A stretch of DNA of 64,000 bases from NCBI GenBank assembly GCA_017554385.1, contig JAFZIL010000065.1:30162-94161 (forward strand), in the 5' to 3' direction. Position numbers and translations under genes: made by a program. Below are positions 19,892 to 30,580 of this stretch, one piece after another; the first letter of the stretch is position 1; every line of letters starts with the position of its first letter. Source of the stretch: Prevotella sp. Lineage in GTDB: Bacteria; Bacteroidota; Bacteroidia; Bacteroidales; Bacteroidaceae. Under the pieces are notes generated by a model. It had not been told where the DNA came from and made no database searches. It saw only the letters and a list, made by a program, of their open reading frames with translations.

Positions 19892-22393
19892 ATGAAGAAA
19901 TTATACTTGTTACTACTTTCGGTCACCGTGGCCATGATGGCTATGGCACAGAGCGAACCCTTCTGTATTGCCAAGGACGGCAAGACAGCTACCATTGTAG
20001 TAGACGAACAGGACTGGAAGGGCGTGATACGCGCTGCCAACGACCTCAGCGACGATGTGCGCAAGGTGACGGGAACGGCGAGCACGGTGGTCAGCGATTT
20101 TGCCACTGACAAGGGGCTAATCCTCATCGGCACCATCGGCAAGAGCCGTATCGTCGACAGGCTTATCAAACAGAAGAAGCTCGATGTCAAGAGGATTAAA
20201 GGTCACTGGGAGGGCTACGTCATTGATTTGGTGGATGGCAATCTTGTCGTTGCCGGCAACGACAGGCGCGGTACCATCTTTGGCATCTATGAGGTCTCAC
20301 GCCAGATAGGCGTCTCGCCCTGGTATTGGATGGCCGATGCACCTGTGGCTCACAGGGAAGAACTGTATTTCGATGACTATCAGGCACAATGGCCTGCAGT
20401 GAAGTATCGCGGCATATTTATTAATGACGAGTGGCCCTCGTTTGGCACGTGGTGTCAGAAGCACTTTGGGGGTGTGAACTCCAAGGCCTACGAGAAGATC
20501 TTCGAGTTGCTGCTACGTCTGAAGGCGAATTACTTCTGGCCCGCCATGTGGGCAACGGCCTTCAACGAGGACGACCCCGAGTCGCCCCGGCTGGCTGACG
20601 AGATGGGTATCGTCATGGGCACTTCGCACCATGAGCCGATGATGCGTTCGCACCGCGAATACCTGAAGCGGAAGGACGAGGTTGGCCCTTGGGACTATGC
20701 CACGAACAAGGAACGCGTAGATCAGTTCTTCCGTGAGGGCATGGAGCGCAACAAGGCGTACGATAACCTCGTGACTATCGGCATGCGTGGCGACGGTGAC
20801 GTGGCGATGGGTAAGGGCGACGATCAAGAGAACATGCAGACGCTGAAGAACGTCATCGACGGACAGCGCAAGATTATCAAGGACATCTACGGACGCGAGG
20901 ATGCCGTTCCCCAGCTCTGGGCTATCTTCACCGAGGTGCAGCGTTACTATGATGCGGGCTTCACCGTGCCTGACGACGTCACCCTGCTGTTCTGCGACAA
21001 TAACTGGGGCTACATCCGCCGTAAGGGAACCGAAGCAGAGCGCAAGCGCAAGGGTGGACTAGGTCTCTATTACCATATCGACATGAACGGTGGTCCTTGG
21101 AACGACCGTTGGGTGAACACTACTACCGTGCCGAAACTGCGCGAACAGCTAAACCAAGCCTACCAGAGCGGCATTGACCACATCTGGATTATCAACGTGG
21201 GCGACCTGAAACCCAAGGAGATGCCCATCTCGTTCATCATGGACTATGCGTGGAATCCAAAGCGTGTTGCACCAAGACAGGAAGAAGAGTGGTTGAGAGT
21301 ATGGACGCATTCCGTGTTCGGTGGTCTGCCCTACAAAATCACCAACGAGTGTGCTGACATCATCGCCCAATACTCGCGATTCAACCTCGTGCGTAAGCCC
21401 GAGGTGCAGGTGCCCGGCCTCTTCAACTATGAGGAGATGCTCGATCTGAACAACCAATGGCAGAGGATTGTGTTGCGCTGTGAGGCTTTGAAGGAACAGA
21501 TTCCCGCCGAGGCTCAGGATGCTTTCTATCAGCTGGTCTACTACCCCGCTGTTGCCAGTGCCGGTGTGGCGATGATATATAATGCAGCCACCATGGGCGA
21601 CTATATGACCGTTGAAGCACTGATGAAGAAAGACCAGCGTCTCACCGACTATTACAACAAGGTGATGGCTGGCGGTAAGTGGGATGGCATGATGCTCGAC
21701 AACCACATCGGCTACACCAAGTGGAGTATTCCCGACAAGAACACCAATCCGTTGGATCTTGGCTTCAAGGTCGACCACAACCTCCTTAGTGTCTCAAAGG
21801 AAACTAAGGAGTACACTCTCGGTGCCAATGAATGCACAAATGACTACGAGGATGAGGGCTGGGTATTCTTACTAAATCTTGGTCGCTACGAAGGCTGTAT
21901 GGGTGCTGCCGACGTCATGAAGAGTTATCCCAATGGCGACGGTCCTATGCTGGAGTACAATATCGACCTCTCCCCTACCGACGGCAAGGGCACCGTGGCC
22001 ATCGGCATCCTGCCTACTCAGGATGTCTATCCTGCCCGTGGCCTGCGTCTTGGCGTACAGATTGATGACCAGCCCATGCAGAATATTGATGCCCGTCAAG
22101 GACTGCATGACGAGTTCGGTGAATACACGCCTAAGAACCTTGCGCAGTCGAAGAAGCTAAAGCCCCTGCCTCCTCATAACAACTTGCTGCTCAGCGGATG
22201 GAAGGATGGGCATCGGATGCTCCGTCGCGACGAGGTTTTTGATAATATCCGCTGGTTAGAGGTCAACTTCGACCATATCACTCCGGGCAAGCATAAGCTG
22301 AAGCTTATCATGATAGACCCAGAGATTGTGGTGGAAACAATCGTCGTCAACCCTGACAACAACCGCTACAGCTATTTTGGTAATAACCGTTGA
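19892..22393 (+). CDS. Glycoside hydrolase family 115 (xylan alpha-1,2-glucuronidase-like)
   Basis: VKYRGIFINDE, SHHEPM, GMRGDGD, DNNWG and NVGDLKP motifs; signal peptide. Confidence 0.9.
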   Translation: MKKLYLLLLSVTVAMMAMAQSEPFCIAKDGKTATIVVDEQDWKGVIRAANDLSDDVRKVTGTASTVVSDFATDKGLILIGTIGKSRIVDRLIKQKKLDVKRIKGHWEGYVIDLVDGNLVVAGNDRRGTIFGIYEVSRQIGVSPWYWMADAPVAHREELYFDDYQAQWPAVKYRGIFINDEWPSFGTWCQKHFGGVNSKAYEKIFELLLRLKANYFWPAMWATAFNEDDPESPRLADEMGIVMGTSHHEPMMRSHREYLKRKDEVGPWDYATNKERVDQFFREGMERNKAYDNLVTIGMRGDGDVAMGKGDDQENMQTLKNVIDGQRKIIKDIYGREDAVPQLWAIFTEVQRYYDAGFTVPDDVTLLFCDNNWGYIRRKGTEAERKRKGGLGLYYHIDMNGGPWNDRWVNTTTVPKLREQLNQAYQSGIDHIWIINVGDLKPKEMPISFIMDYAWNPKRVAPRQEEEWLRVWTHSVFGGLPYKITNECADIIAQYSRFNLVRKPEVQVPGLFNYEEMLDLNNQWQRIVLRCEALKEQIPAEAQDAFYQLVYYPAVASAGVAMIYNAATMGDYMTVEALMKKDQRLTDYYNKVMAGGKWDGMMLDNHIGYTKWSIPDKNTNPLDLGFKVDHNLLSVSKETKEYTLGANECTNDYEDEGWVFLLNLGRYEGCMGAADVMKSYPNGDGPMLEYNIDLSPTDGKGTVAIGILPTQDVYPARGLRLGVQIDDQPMQNIDARQGLHDEFGEYTPKNLAQSKKLKPLPPHNNLLLSGWKDGHRMLRRDEVFDNIRWLEVNFDHITPGKHKLKLIMIDPEIVVETIVVNPDNNRYSYFGNNR

Positions 22394-22412
22394 TAATGAC
22401 AAACATAAATAT

Positions 22413-24821
22413 ATGATGATGAAAAACCTATGGAAAGCCATCTTCGTGGCAGGGCTGCTCTGCTCGAACGATATACCGGCTATAGCACAGACGGCAGCAA
22501 CGGTACGCTTTGACGCACAAAGCACCCACCAGCGCATCACCGGTTTCGGCGGCTTTGTATGTTCGCCACAATTCCAGTACAATCACATGTCCACCAGCGA
22601 CATCAAAAAGGTGTGGGGACCGACCAGCACCGTGGGGTGTAACATCATGCGCCTCTACCTGCCCATTGGCAAGAACAGTTGGAGCCAGTCGCTGGCTACT
22701 GCCAAAACTGCCAAGCAGTTGGGACTCATCGTCTTCGCCTCGCCGTGGGGACAGCCTGCCGAGTGGAAGACCAACAATTCTATTGATGCCAAAACCGATG
22801 ACGGCGTCGAGGGTCACCTGAAAAGGGATAACTGGGCCGACTATGCGCAGTATCTGGAGGAATATGTGCAGTATCTGCGAAAAAACGGAGTGGAGCTTGA
22901 TGCCATCTCCATACAGAACGAGCCTGACTGGCCTTGCACATACGCTGGATGCCTATGGACAACTTCGGAAATGTCAGAGTTTGTGAAGACCTATGGCAGT
23001 CAGATCAGTTGTAAGGTCATAGCACCAGAGACCGTCGGCGTCAGCGATTCCTACGCCAATGCACTCAACAAGACCGATGTGCTTGAAGGCTTCGATATCT
23101 ACGGCGGTCACCAGTACGGTGGCTTGCAGTCGGCCTACAAGAACCTGGGACAGAAAGGCAAGGAGCTCTGGATGACGGAATATCTCATCAACTGGAACGA
23201 GAACCAGACAACAAGCCGCAACTTCGACTTCACGAAGGACTTCTTCAACTTCTTCACAGCCATCAACACCTGTATGCTGGGCGACTTCAATGCCTGGATT
23301 CACTATGCCGCCAAGCGCTTCTACGGCATGTTAGGTGACGGACAGAACGGAACCTCAAACGGTACCGTCACCAAGCGCGGCTACATCATGGCCCACTTTG
23401 CCAAGTTCGTTACGGGCATGACGCGCATCGACGCCACCTTCGGCGGCGGTCTTGAAGGATCGGCCTATCTCTCGGAGACGGGAGACACGCTGGTGGCCGT
23501 GATGGCCAATGCCTCAGACAACTCTATCGCCCTGACCGTAGACCTGCCCTTCTATACCCAGCAGGGAGAGCAGCGCACAACGGCTAAGAGCCAGAGCTTC
23601 AAATTGACACAGCTGACACCAGAGACCGAGACCTGCCGACCCGTGGTGACCGTCGCAGCACAGAGCGTGGTGACGGTGCTCTTTGTCAAGTCGCGCGACC
23701 GCCAGCCTTCGAACATGACGGGCAGCGTCAGCTATTTCGACCGCAAGCGCATCGACGACCTGACAACAACGAAGACCAACTTCGGCACTACCTACAAACT
23801 GAGCGGAAAGACGAAGACCTTCAACCATAGCAACCCGCTCATCAGCAGTCGCACCAATGCCAACTACGGCTATGTGAAGCTGGACGAGGGAATGGCACGC
23901 CTGGTGTTCGAGGTGAAGACTCTGACTTCGAACATGAACTACTCGTCGGCACTGACCACTCTGACCTACGTCAACAGCCAGGGAGAGGTGGCCACGCATA
24001 ACTACGGCGACATGGAGTTCCCCGTCCACGAGAACTTCCAATGGACGTTCGACCTCTCGACAGCCACGCTGACCGACGGATGCATAGGTCTCATCTCACT
24101 GACAAACAACAACTGGTCGTCGAACCTGCAGTTCACCTTCGGCGATGTATACCTGACTGATGGCAGCAACAGCCTCTATGCCGGAATACTGGGTGGCGAC
24201 TATGTGGCCGACGACAGCTACGTGCTTGACTTCTCGACAGACCCCGCCTGCACCAGCATCGATATGACGGCTGTCACCGGACTGCCTGCCACCTTGCCCT
24301 GGTTAGAGGGCAGCAACCGAGTGGTCTACGTGCCTGACAACAGCGAACTGTCGGGAACAAATGTGGTCAAGAACGGTGTCTGTGCCTCGCTGGTAATTGA
24401 CGAACGCTTCGGGCCCTTCCGGCCTGCCTACACTTTAACCGCTACCCAGGCATCCTACACCTGTGTTGTCAATGGTCAGCACATCGTGCAACTTCCCTTC
24501 CAAGCCGTAGTGTCTGAGGGCGTTAATGTCTATACGCTGACAGACGACCTCATACCTGTACCGGTCACCATTGTTCCTGCCAATCAGCCTCTGCTGGTCG
24601 AGGGAGAAGGTGTAGTGACGTTCATCGGTGCGGGCGAGGTAAGCTACTCGCCCTGCCCATTGTCCGACGATATTCTGCCCTTAGCAACACCAACGGGCAT
24701 TCAGAGCATACCAAACATATTCTCAGGCAACGCGCCCGTCTACAATCTCCAAGGACAGCGCATAAGCTCCTTGCAGAAAGGATTACAGATAGTAAATGGA
24801 CAAAAGGTCTATGTAAAGTAA
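22413..24821 (+). CDS. GH30-like glycoside hydrolase (glucuronoxylanase-like) with C-terminal extension and Prevotella-type secretion tail
   Basis: QRITGFGG, SIQNEPD (acid/base), GHQY, LWMTE (nucleophile), KRGY; C-terminus VYNLQGQRI..KGLQIVNGQKV. Confidence 0.8.
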   Translation: MMMKNLWKAIFVAGLLCSNDIPAIAQTAATVRFDAQSTHQRITGFGGFVCSPQFQYNHMSTSDIKKVWGPTSTVGCNIMRLYLPIGKNSWSQSLATAKTAKQLGLIVFASPWGQPAEWKTNNSIDAKTDDGVEGHLKRDNWADYAQYLEEYVQYLRKNGVELDAISIQNEPDWPCTYAGCLWTTSEMSEFVKTYGSQISCKVIAPETVGVSDSYANALNKTDVLEGFDIYGGHQYGGLQSAYKNLGQKGKELWMTEYLINWNENQTTSRNFDFTKDFFNFFTAINTCMLGDFNAWIHYAAKRFYGMLGDGQNGTSNGTVTKRGYIMAHFAKFVTGMTRIDATFGGGLEGSAYLSETGDTLVAVMANASDNSIALTVDLPFYTQQGEQRTTAKSQSFKLTQLTPETETCRPVVTVAAQSVVTVLFVKSRDRQPSNMTGSVSYFDRKRIDDLTTTKTNFGTTYKLSGKTKTFNHSNPLISSRTNANYGYVKLDEGMARLVFEVKTLTSNMNYSSALTTLTYVNSQGEVATHNYGDMEFPVHENFQWTFDLSTATLTDGCIGLISLTNNNWSSNLQFTFGDVYLTDGSNSLYAGILGGDYVADDSYVLDFSTDPACTSIDMTAVTGLPATLPWLEGSNRVVYVPDNSELSGTNVVKNGVCASLVIDERFGPFRPAYTLTATQASYTCVVNGQHIVQLPFQAVVSEGVNVYTLTDDLIPVPVTIVPANQPLLVEGEGVVTFIGAGEVSYSPCPLSDDILPLATPTGIQSIPNIFSGNAPVYNLQGQRISSLQKGLQIVNGQKVYVK

Positions 24822-24865
24822 AAAAGAAGAGGGAACACTCAAAATCGGTGTTCCCTCTTCTTTTT
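24820..24865. terminator. Bidirectional terminator between GH30 and tRNA-Thr
   Basis: AAAAAGAAGAGGGAACAC...GTGTTCCCTCTTCTTTTT perfect stem with A/T tails. Confidence 0.85.
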
Positions 24866-24869
24866 GCTG

Positions 24870-24943
24870 AGCCTCTTGTCGGATTCGAACCAACGACCCC
24901 GAGATTACAAATCACGTGCTCTGGCCAACTGAGCTAAAGAGGC
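24870..24943 (-). tRNA. tRNA-Thr(UGU)
   Basis: Reverse complement GCCTCTTTAGCTCAGTTGGCCAGAGCACGTGATT-TGT-AATCTCGGGGTCGTTGGTTCGAATCCGACAAGAGGCT. Confidence 0.93.
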
Positions 24944-24947
24944 GGGT

Positions 24948-25043
24948 GGGCAAGCGGTCTGTATCGCGCCGCTACAACCAAGTACCTTTGCTACGTTCCC
25001 GTCCTGGAGGATTCCGAGGGAGCTGGCCGTACAGGACTTGCCC
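24948..25043 (-). ncRNA. ffs: Signal recognition particle (4.5S) RNA
   Basis: GGGCAAG...CTTGCCC closing stem; conserved domain IV CAGG-ACG-GGAA-CGT-AGCA. Confidence 0.85.
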
Positions 25044-25132
25044 GTTTTCTTTGAAAACACGCGAGTGTCTACTGCGTTCGGCAGAAAGCGAACTTCCTGC
25101 GCTCACTGGCAACGACACTTGCCCGTTTTCTT
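25036..25132. repeat. ~80-bp palindromic dispersed element flanked by a 16-bp direct repeat
   Basis: ACTTGCCCGTTTTCTT at 25036 and 25117; internal TACTGCGTTCGGCAGAAAG...CTGCGCTC. Confidence 0.65.
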
Positions 25133-25203
25133 AAAGCGGGTGCAAAGGTACAAATAAAATCGTGAACCACCGAACGATGGGGCTCGATTTTTCTTTCTTT
25201 TAA

Positions 25204-25995
25204 CTAATTTTCAAGATTGACGCCAAAGATGCGCCTCACGTTATCATTGGTACGACAGGCCACCTCTTGCAGCGTAACTCCGTAACATTCAGCCAGTTTA
25301 CTTGCCACGTTGAACACGTATGCAGACTCGTTGCGCTGTCCGCGCATAGGTACAGGTGCCATATAGGGTGCGTCGGTTTCGAGCACGATACGGTCGAGGG
25401 GTACGGCTGAAGCGAGCGTAGCGGGAAGGTTTGACTTCTTGAACGTGAGCACGCCACCGATGCCGAGCTCGAAACGGTCGAACTGAAGCAGTTCGGTGGC
25501 TTCAATCTCGTTGCCGGTAAAGCAGTGGAACACGCCACCAGGCAAATCCTTCTCATAGTGGCGAAGCAACCGCACCATCTCGTTCTGTGCCTTGCGACAA
25601 TGGATCATCAGTGGCAGGCGGGTCTCCACGCTCCATTGCACCTGTTCTTCGAAGGCAGCCAACTGCTCATTCTCGAACTCCCGGCTCCAGTAATAGTCGA
25701 GTCCCACCTCGCCAATGGCGATGAAAGGAGTAGGCTGAGAGGCATGCAGCTGCTGACTGAGTTGAACGAGCACCTCTTTGTAGTCGGCCCTCACCTCCTC
25801 GGGATGTAGTCCGAGCATAGGATATAGATAGCCGGGATGCTGCTGGCTGAGAGCGAGGACACGCTGGGTGGACGGCAGGTCGATGGCGGGGAGGAAGACG
25901 GCAGCGATGCCGGCCTCACGGGCACGTTCTATGACTGTCTCGCGGTCCTGATCGTATTCAGAACCGTCGAGATGGGCATGAGTGTCAATAAGCAT
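25204..25995 (-). CDS. tatD: TatD family DNase/hydrolase
   Basis: IDTHAH, GLHP, IGEVGLDY, HCR, HCF and ETDAPY motifs. Confidence 0.92.
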   Translation of the reverse strand: MLIDTHAHLDGSEYDQDRETVIERAREAGIAAVFLPAIDLPSTQRVLALSQQHPGYLYPMLGLHPEEVRADYKEVLVQLSQQLHASQPTPFIAIGEVGLDYYWSREFENEQLAAFEEQVQWSVETRLPLMIHCRKAQNEMVRLLRHYEKDLPGGVFHCFTGNEIEATELLQFDRFELGIGGVLTFKKSNLPATLASAVPLDRIVLETDAPYMAPVPMRGQRNESAYVFNVASKLAECYGVTLQEVACRTNDNVRRIFGVNLEN

Positions 25996-26024
25996 GGGGA
26001 GTTAGGGGGAGTTAGGAGGAGTGG

Positions 26025-26999
26025 TCAGGATTCGCGTTTCATCATTTCGGCCGTGTACTGGCGCAGGTATTGCTTACGCTCATCGCTCACGCTGACCTGA
26101 TCGAGATAGAGAAGGGCCTCGTCGAAATAGGAATTGATTTTCTGTTCGCACAGCTGGCGGATGCCAATGGCATCGTAGAGGCTCGTCACGGCTGCAATCT
26201 TCTCCTGACGGTCGAAATCGCGTGCATTAATCCAACGCATCAGCTCGCTGCGCTGTTCGGCATTGGCACGGTTGATGGCATTGATGAGCATGTAGGTTTT
26301 CTTGTTCGAGGTGATGTCGCCACCGATGGCCTTACCGAAGACTGCGGGGTCGCCATAGACGTCGAGCAGGTCGTCCTGCAACTGGAAGGCCAGTCCTACC
26401 TTTTCACCGAACTTATACAGCAGGCGGGCATCCTCGTCGGAGGCATCGGCCAGGATGGCACCCATCTTCAGCGCACAGGCAAGGAGTACGCTGGTCTTCA
26501 GCCGGATCATCTCGATATATTCGTCTTCGGTCACGTCGTTGCGCATCTCAAAGTCCATATCATACTGCTGACCTTCGCCTATCTCGAGGGCTGTCTCGGT
26601 AAACAGTTGCATCACGGCAGGCAGGTGGCGGGCATCGCACTGAGCCATACGCTGATAGGCCAGCACGAGCATCGAGTCGCCCGAAAGGATGGCCGTGTTG
26701 GCATCCCAGCGACGGTGAACGGTCTGATGACCCCGTCGCAGGTCGGCCTGATCCATGAGGTCGTCGTGCAGCAGGGTGTAGTTATGATAGGTCTCAAGGC
26801 CAAGTGCCTGCATCATGATGCGTTCAGGATCTTCGCGAAACAGGTTGTAGCCTAAGAGCATAAGCACGGGACGGATGCGCTTGCCACCGAGTGAGAGTAC
26901 GTAACTGATGGGCTCGTAGAGCGAGGACGGACGACGGTCGTAGGGAAGAGCGTCGAGCGCGTCGTTGACTTTTTTGAGGATTTCGTCTGAGGGGAACAT
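26025..26999 (-). CDS. Polyprenyl (geranyl/farnesyl) diphosphate synthase
   Basis: GGKRIRP, HDDLMD..RRG and FQLQDDLLD motifs. Confidence 0.92.
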   Translation of the reverse strand: MFPSDEILKKVNDALDALPYDRRPSSLYEPISYVLSLGGKRIRPVLMLLGYNLFREDPERIMMQALGLETYHNYTLLHDDLMDQADLRRGHQTVHRRWDANTAILSGDSMLVLAYQRMAQCDARHLPAVMQLFTETALEIGEGQQYDMDFEMRNDVTEDEYIEMIRLKTSVLLACALKMGAILADASDEDARLLYKFGEKVGLAFQLQDDLLDVYGDPAVFGKAIGGDITSNKKTYMLINAINRANAEQRSELMRWINARDFDRQEKIAAVTSLYDAIGIRQLCEQKINSYFDEALLYLDQVSVSDERKQYLRQYTAEMMKRES

Positions 27000-27041
27000 T
27001 TTTTTAGAAGTTAGGGGAAGTTAGGGGACAAATGAGAGTAA

Positions 27042-27734
27042 TCATAGACGGAAGACAATGGGGATACAGACTTTCGTGCGACAGGGCTGGTTGTTCTCGA
27101 TGCCAGGCGTCCAGCGGGGCATCATGCTGAGCACACGCAAGGCTTCACGGTCGCAGTCGGAATGAAGCGATTTCACAACCTTCACATCGGTTACGCTGCC
27201 GTCTTTGTTGACAATGAACTCTGCCACCACCCTACCCTGCACATTTAGTCGCTGAGCAGCAGGCGGGTACTTCAGGTTGCGCGTGAGCCACTTGATGAAC
27301 TCCATCGGACCACCGGGAAACTGGGGCATATCCTCGACAATACGCGTAGCCAGCTCTTCCTGCTCGTCTTTCTTCTGAAGGTCGTCCTGATCGTCTTCGG
27401 TCTCGTTCATGTCGCTGTCGAGGTCAGTCTCAACAGGCTCCTCGGGGTGACGTAGCTCTTGCTGAACGTCGTTCTCGACAATCTTCAGCTTCACCGTAGG
27501 CTCAGGCTCGGCCTTCGGAGCCAGCGCCAGTTCGTTCTCGGGGCGCATGAGCGGCGACAGCTCCGGATCGCTGGCAAACTGTTCCAACAAATCGGGGTCG
27601 TCGAGGGGATCGTCAGGGCTTACCGTGTATTCAAAAGCCACGAAGAGGCACGCCAGCACCAACACGAATCCCAAAAGGAATCCCTGCGGGCGCAAATGTT
27701 CCAAATCGGCCTTTGAACTCTTCTTGATTTCCAT
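27042..27734 (-). CDS. tonB: Energy transducer TonB
   Basis: MEIKKSSKADLE N-terminus, TM segment, MPQFPGG..LKYP TonB_C domain. Confidence 0.88.
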   Translation of the reverse strand: MEIKKSSKADLEHLRPQGFLLGFVLVLACLFVAFEYTVSPDDPLDDPDLLEQFASDPELSPLMRPENELALAPKAEPEPTVKLKIVENDVQQELRHPEEPVETDLDSDMNETEDDQDDLQKKDEQEELATRIVEDMPQFPGGPMEFIKWLTRNLKYPPAAQRLNVQGRVVAEFIVNKDGSVTDVKVVKSLHSDCDREALRVLSMMPRWTPGIENNQPCRTKVCIPIVFRL

Positions 27735-27859
27735 AATAAAAAGGCTGAAGTTCCGTTATAATAACGTAAACTGACTGCAAAAGTAGGAAATAAATCACAA
27801 ATCGCGACCGACAATTCACAATAAATGTGTATCTTTGCACAAAAATTTAGAAGATTTAA

Positions 27860-28807
27860 ATGAATAGAGTTGTTTTGACCGTTCTTGCCTTTTCGTTTGC
27901 CCTGCTGACAACAGCGCAGGAAAGCCAGACCGTGTTCAACTTTCTGCGCTTGCCGGTGAGTGCCCACGTGGCAGCTCTCGGTGGCGATAATATCACTATT
28001 CAGGAAGACGACGCGACACTCGTTTTCCATAACCCCGCTTTGGTCAACAATGTAGCAGACAAGACACTGAACCTGAACATGATGACCTATATGGAAGGCT
28101 CGGTGACCGCCAGTGCGTCTTTTCTGCGCGCAGCGGGTGAGAGAGGTACTTGGGGCGTGAGCGGAAGGTTCATCAACTACGGTGAGATGAAAGAGATGAA
28201 CACCGTGGGCGAGCAGACGGGTACGTTCAATGCCAAGGACATCGCGCTGGGCGGCACGTTTGCATACGCTCTGTCTGATCATTTCTCAGGCGGTATCACC
28301 GGTAAGCTCACCGGTTCATACATCGGACAATACAACTCACTGGCAGCCTGTGTCGACCTGGGCCTGAACTACTACCATGCGGAAACAGAATGGAGCGTCT
28401 CGGCCGTAGCTCGTAACCTGGGCGGACAACTCACGGCATACGAGGATGACTTTGAGCGCATGCCGCTCGACCTGCAGCTCGGTGTCACGAAGCGGCTTGT
28501 AGGGTCGCCACTGCGATTCTCGGCCACGCTGGTACGACTGAACGACTGGCAGTATGGCATAGGCAAGCACTTGGTGCTGGGTGCCGATCTCCTGTTGGGC
28601 CAGCAGTTCTACTTAGCCGCAGGCTACAATGCCCTGCGCGCCACCGAGATGAAGATCAGTAGCGGCGATGAGGGCGAAAGCTCACACGGAGCCGCCCTGT
28701 CGTTTGGCGGAGGCATCACTTTAGAGCGCTTCAAGCTCCATGTGGCCTATGCAAAATACCACGTCAGCTCGACCTCGCTGCTCGTAAATATCAGTTATTC
28801 ACTATGA
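27860..28807 (+). CDS. porQ: Type IX secretion system beta-barrel protein PorQ
   Basis: [15 protein letters not shown] and FHNPAL motifs; adjacency to cmk is typical of Bacteroidales. Confidence 0.8.
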   Translation: MNRVVLTVLAFSFALLTTAQESQTVFNFLRLPVSAHVAALGGDNITIQEDDATLVFHNPALVNNVADKTLNLNMMTYMEGSVTASASFLRAAGERGTWGVSGRFINYGEMKEMNTVGEQTGTFNAKDIALGGTFAYALSDHFSGGITGKLTGSYIGQYNSLAACVDLGLNYYHAETEWSVSAVARNLGGQLTAYEDDFERMPLDLQLGVTKRLVGSPLRFSATLVRLNDWQYGIGKHLVLGADLLLGQQFYLAAGYNALRATEMKISSGDEGESSHGAALSFGGGITLERFKLHVAYAKYHVSSTSLLVNISYSL

Positions 28808-29493
28808 AGAAAATCACAATTGCCATTGACGGCCACTCATCGTGTGGAAAGAGCACTATGGCCAAAGACCTGGCCCGCAAAGTGGGCTATATCTATGTGG
28901 ACACAGGTGCCATGTACCGCAGTGTCACACTCTATGCCCTGCAGCATGGGCTGATAGCTGCCGACGGAAGCATCCAGACCGAAGAGCTGGAACGGCAGAT
29001 GCCGCTCATACACATCACCTTCCAGCTGAACGAGGAGACTGGACGCCCCGACACCTATTTAAATAATGTGTGTGTGGAGAAGGAAATCCGTACTATCGAG
29101 GTGTCGAACCATGTGAGTCCCATCGCTGCCCTACCCTTTGTGCGCACCGCTATGGTGGCCCAGCAACAGCAGATGGGCAAGGGAGGCGGCGTAGTAATGG
29201 ACGGTCGCGATATCGGGACCACAGTATTTCCCGATGCTGAGCTGAAGATTTTTGTCACAGCCTCGGCCCAGGTGCGTGCCCAGCGCCGCTATGACGAGCT
29301 GCTGCAGAAAGGCATGCCCGCCGACTTTGATGAAATACTGAAGAATGTAGAAGAGCGCGACTATATCGACTCGCACCGCGAGGTGTCACCGCTGCGCAAG
29401 GCCGACGACGCGCTGGAGCTGGACAACAGCCACATGACCATTCCCGAACAGAACGAATGGCTCATGGCTCGCTTCCTTGAGCGCACGGCGTGA
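28804..29493 (+). CDS. cmk: Cytidylate kinase
   Basis: IAIDG.S.CGKST, DTGAMYR and DGRDIGT motifs. Confidence 0.95.
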   Translation: MKKITIAIDGHSSCGKSTMAKDLARKVGYIYVDTGAMYRSVTLYALQHGLIAADGSIQTEELERQMPLIHITFQLNEETGRPDTYLNNVCVEKEIRTIEVSNHVSPIAALPFVRTAMVAQQQQMGKGGGVVMDGRDIGTTVFPDAELKIFVTASAQVRAQRRYDELLQKGMPADFDEILKNVEERDYIDSHREVSPLRKADDALELDNSHMTIPEQNEWLMARFLERTA

Positions 29494-30526
29494 AATACTT
29501 ACGCACGTCGTCCTGCAGTCGGCGGAAAGGCTCCGACAGCATATAGCCCGTATTTTTCTTGAGCATCGTCTTGATGTCCTGCCGCGAGTTCTCGTAGCAG
29601 GACATTTCATTGCGCTTCTGCGTATGGTGGGCCTGCGCATGATAAATCTCGTTCTGCCGTTCCTGCTGCAGAATACGGCAGACCTTTGCCAGTATGGGGG
29701 CAACGATCGTGTCGAACAGATGATGCCCCTGTATATATAAATAGGTGGTCTGCGGGGTGACGCCTAAAGCTTTTATCTCGTCTTTCAACTTCAGGAATGC
29801 CTCTTTGTTGTTAGGGTACTTTCGCTGCAGCTCGCGCACTTTGGTCTGCACCTTGCGCCGCACTTTCTGTAGCGAAGCCTCTGGCTCCTGCACGCTGAAG
29901 CCTCCCGGGTCGGTGATGCGGTTGAAGTCAGTGAGCGTGAAATGGGGATAGTTGCCTGTGCGATAGGCCCAGACCGACCATACGAAGAGTGGGAAGATAA
30001 TCTCGGAGAACTGCCGGAAATAATCACCGAAGTCGAAGATACGGTGGTCGTTCAGCGTTACCGCCACACAGACATCGTGCAGCGACGGGGCATAGCACTG
30101 GTAGTTCTCTATGGCGTAGACATAGGTATGGAACACGTAGGGGCTCTCCAATATCTGCTTCGACGTGTGGGTGCAGCCCTGTAACAGATAGTCGTAGTCG
30201 GCATCGACACAGGCAATCATGCTATCGCCAAGTTGCGAAGTGAAGTTCATCAGTACCGACTTCTTGCCTCGCGTCAGGTTGAGCTTTGAGGGCAGCATCA
30301 CTTCGAAGTAACGATGCTCGTCTTCAAACTGGCTGAGTACCGTGCGCCAGAAATAGATGTCGTCGTAGCTCTCGACGTAGGCCACAATCCTGCGTCGCTG
30401 CTGCTTCGGTCTCATGGCGTTGGCCGCCTGGAAGTACCGGCTGTTGATGTATCCACTTAGGCCTTTTGATCCCCCTAAGTTAGGGGGGGTAGGGTCTGAA
30501 CGATGGCTATTTTTATTATTACTCAT
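29462..30526 (-). CDS. DUF4435 (TOPRIM-like) protein, AriB-like
   Basis: [23 protein letters not shown] and QGH motifs. Confidence 0.8.
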   Translation of the reverse strand: MSNNKNSHRSDPTPPNLGGSKGLSGYINSRYFQAANAMRPKQQRRRIVAYVESYDDIYFWRTVLSQFEDEHRYFEVMLPSKLNLTRGKKSVLMNFTSQLGDSMIACVDADYDYLLQGCTHTSKQILESPYVFHTYVYAIENYQCYAPSLHDVCVAVTLNDHRIFDFGDYFRQFSEIIFPLFVWSVWAYRTGNYPHFTLTDFNRITDPGGFSVQEPEASLQKVRRKVQTKVRELQRKYPNNKEAFLKLKDEIKALGVTPQTTYLYIQGHHLFDTIVAPILAKVCRILQQERQNEIYHAQAHHTQKRNEMSCYENSRQDIKTMLKKNTGYMLSEPFRRLQDDVRKYFTPCAQGSEP

Positions 30527-30580
30527 AGGCAGTAAGGAGTCTGTGCATGTTCAGACCCCCACCCCCCTAATTTAGGGGGC

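Noticed and set aside
24870-24943. tRNA genes as integration sites for the island
   Set aside because: No duplicated tRNA 3' end or adjacent integrase was seen; the island lies over 11 kb away
24622-25134. Small ORFs over the tRNA/SRP region and at 13598-13941
   Set aside because: They overlap structural RNA genes and are spurious
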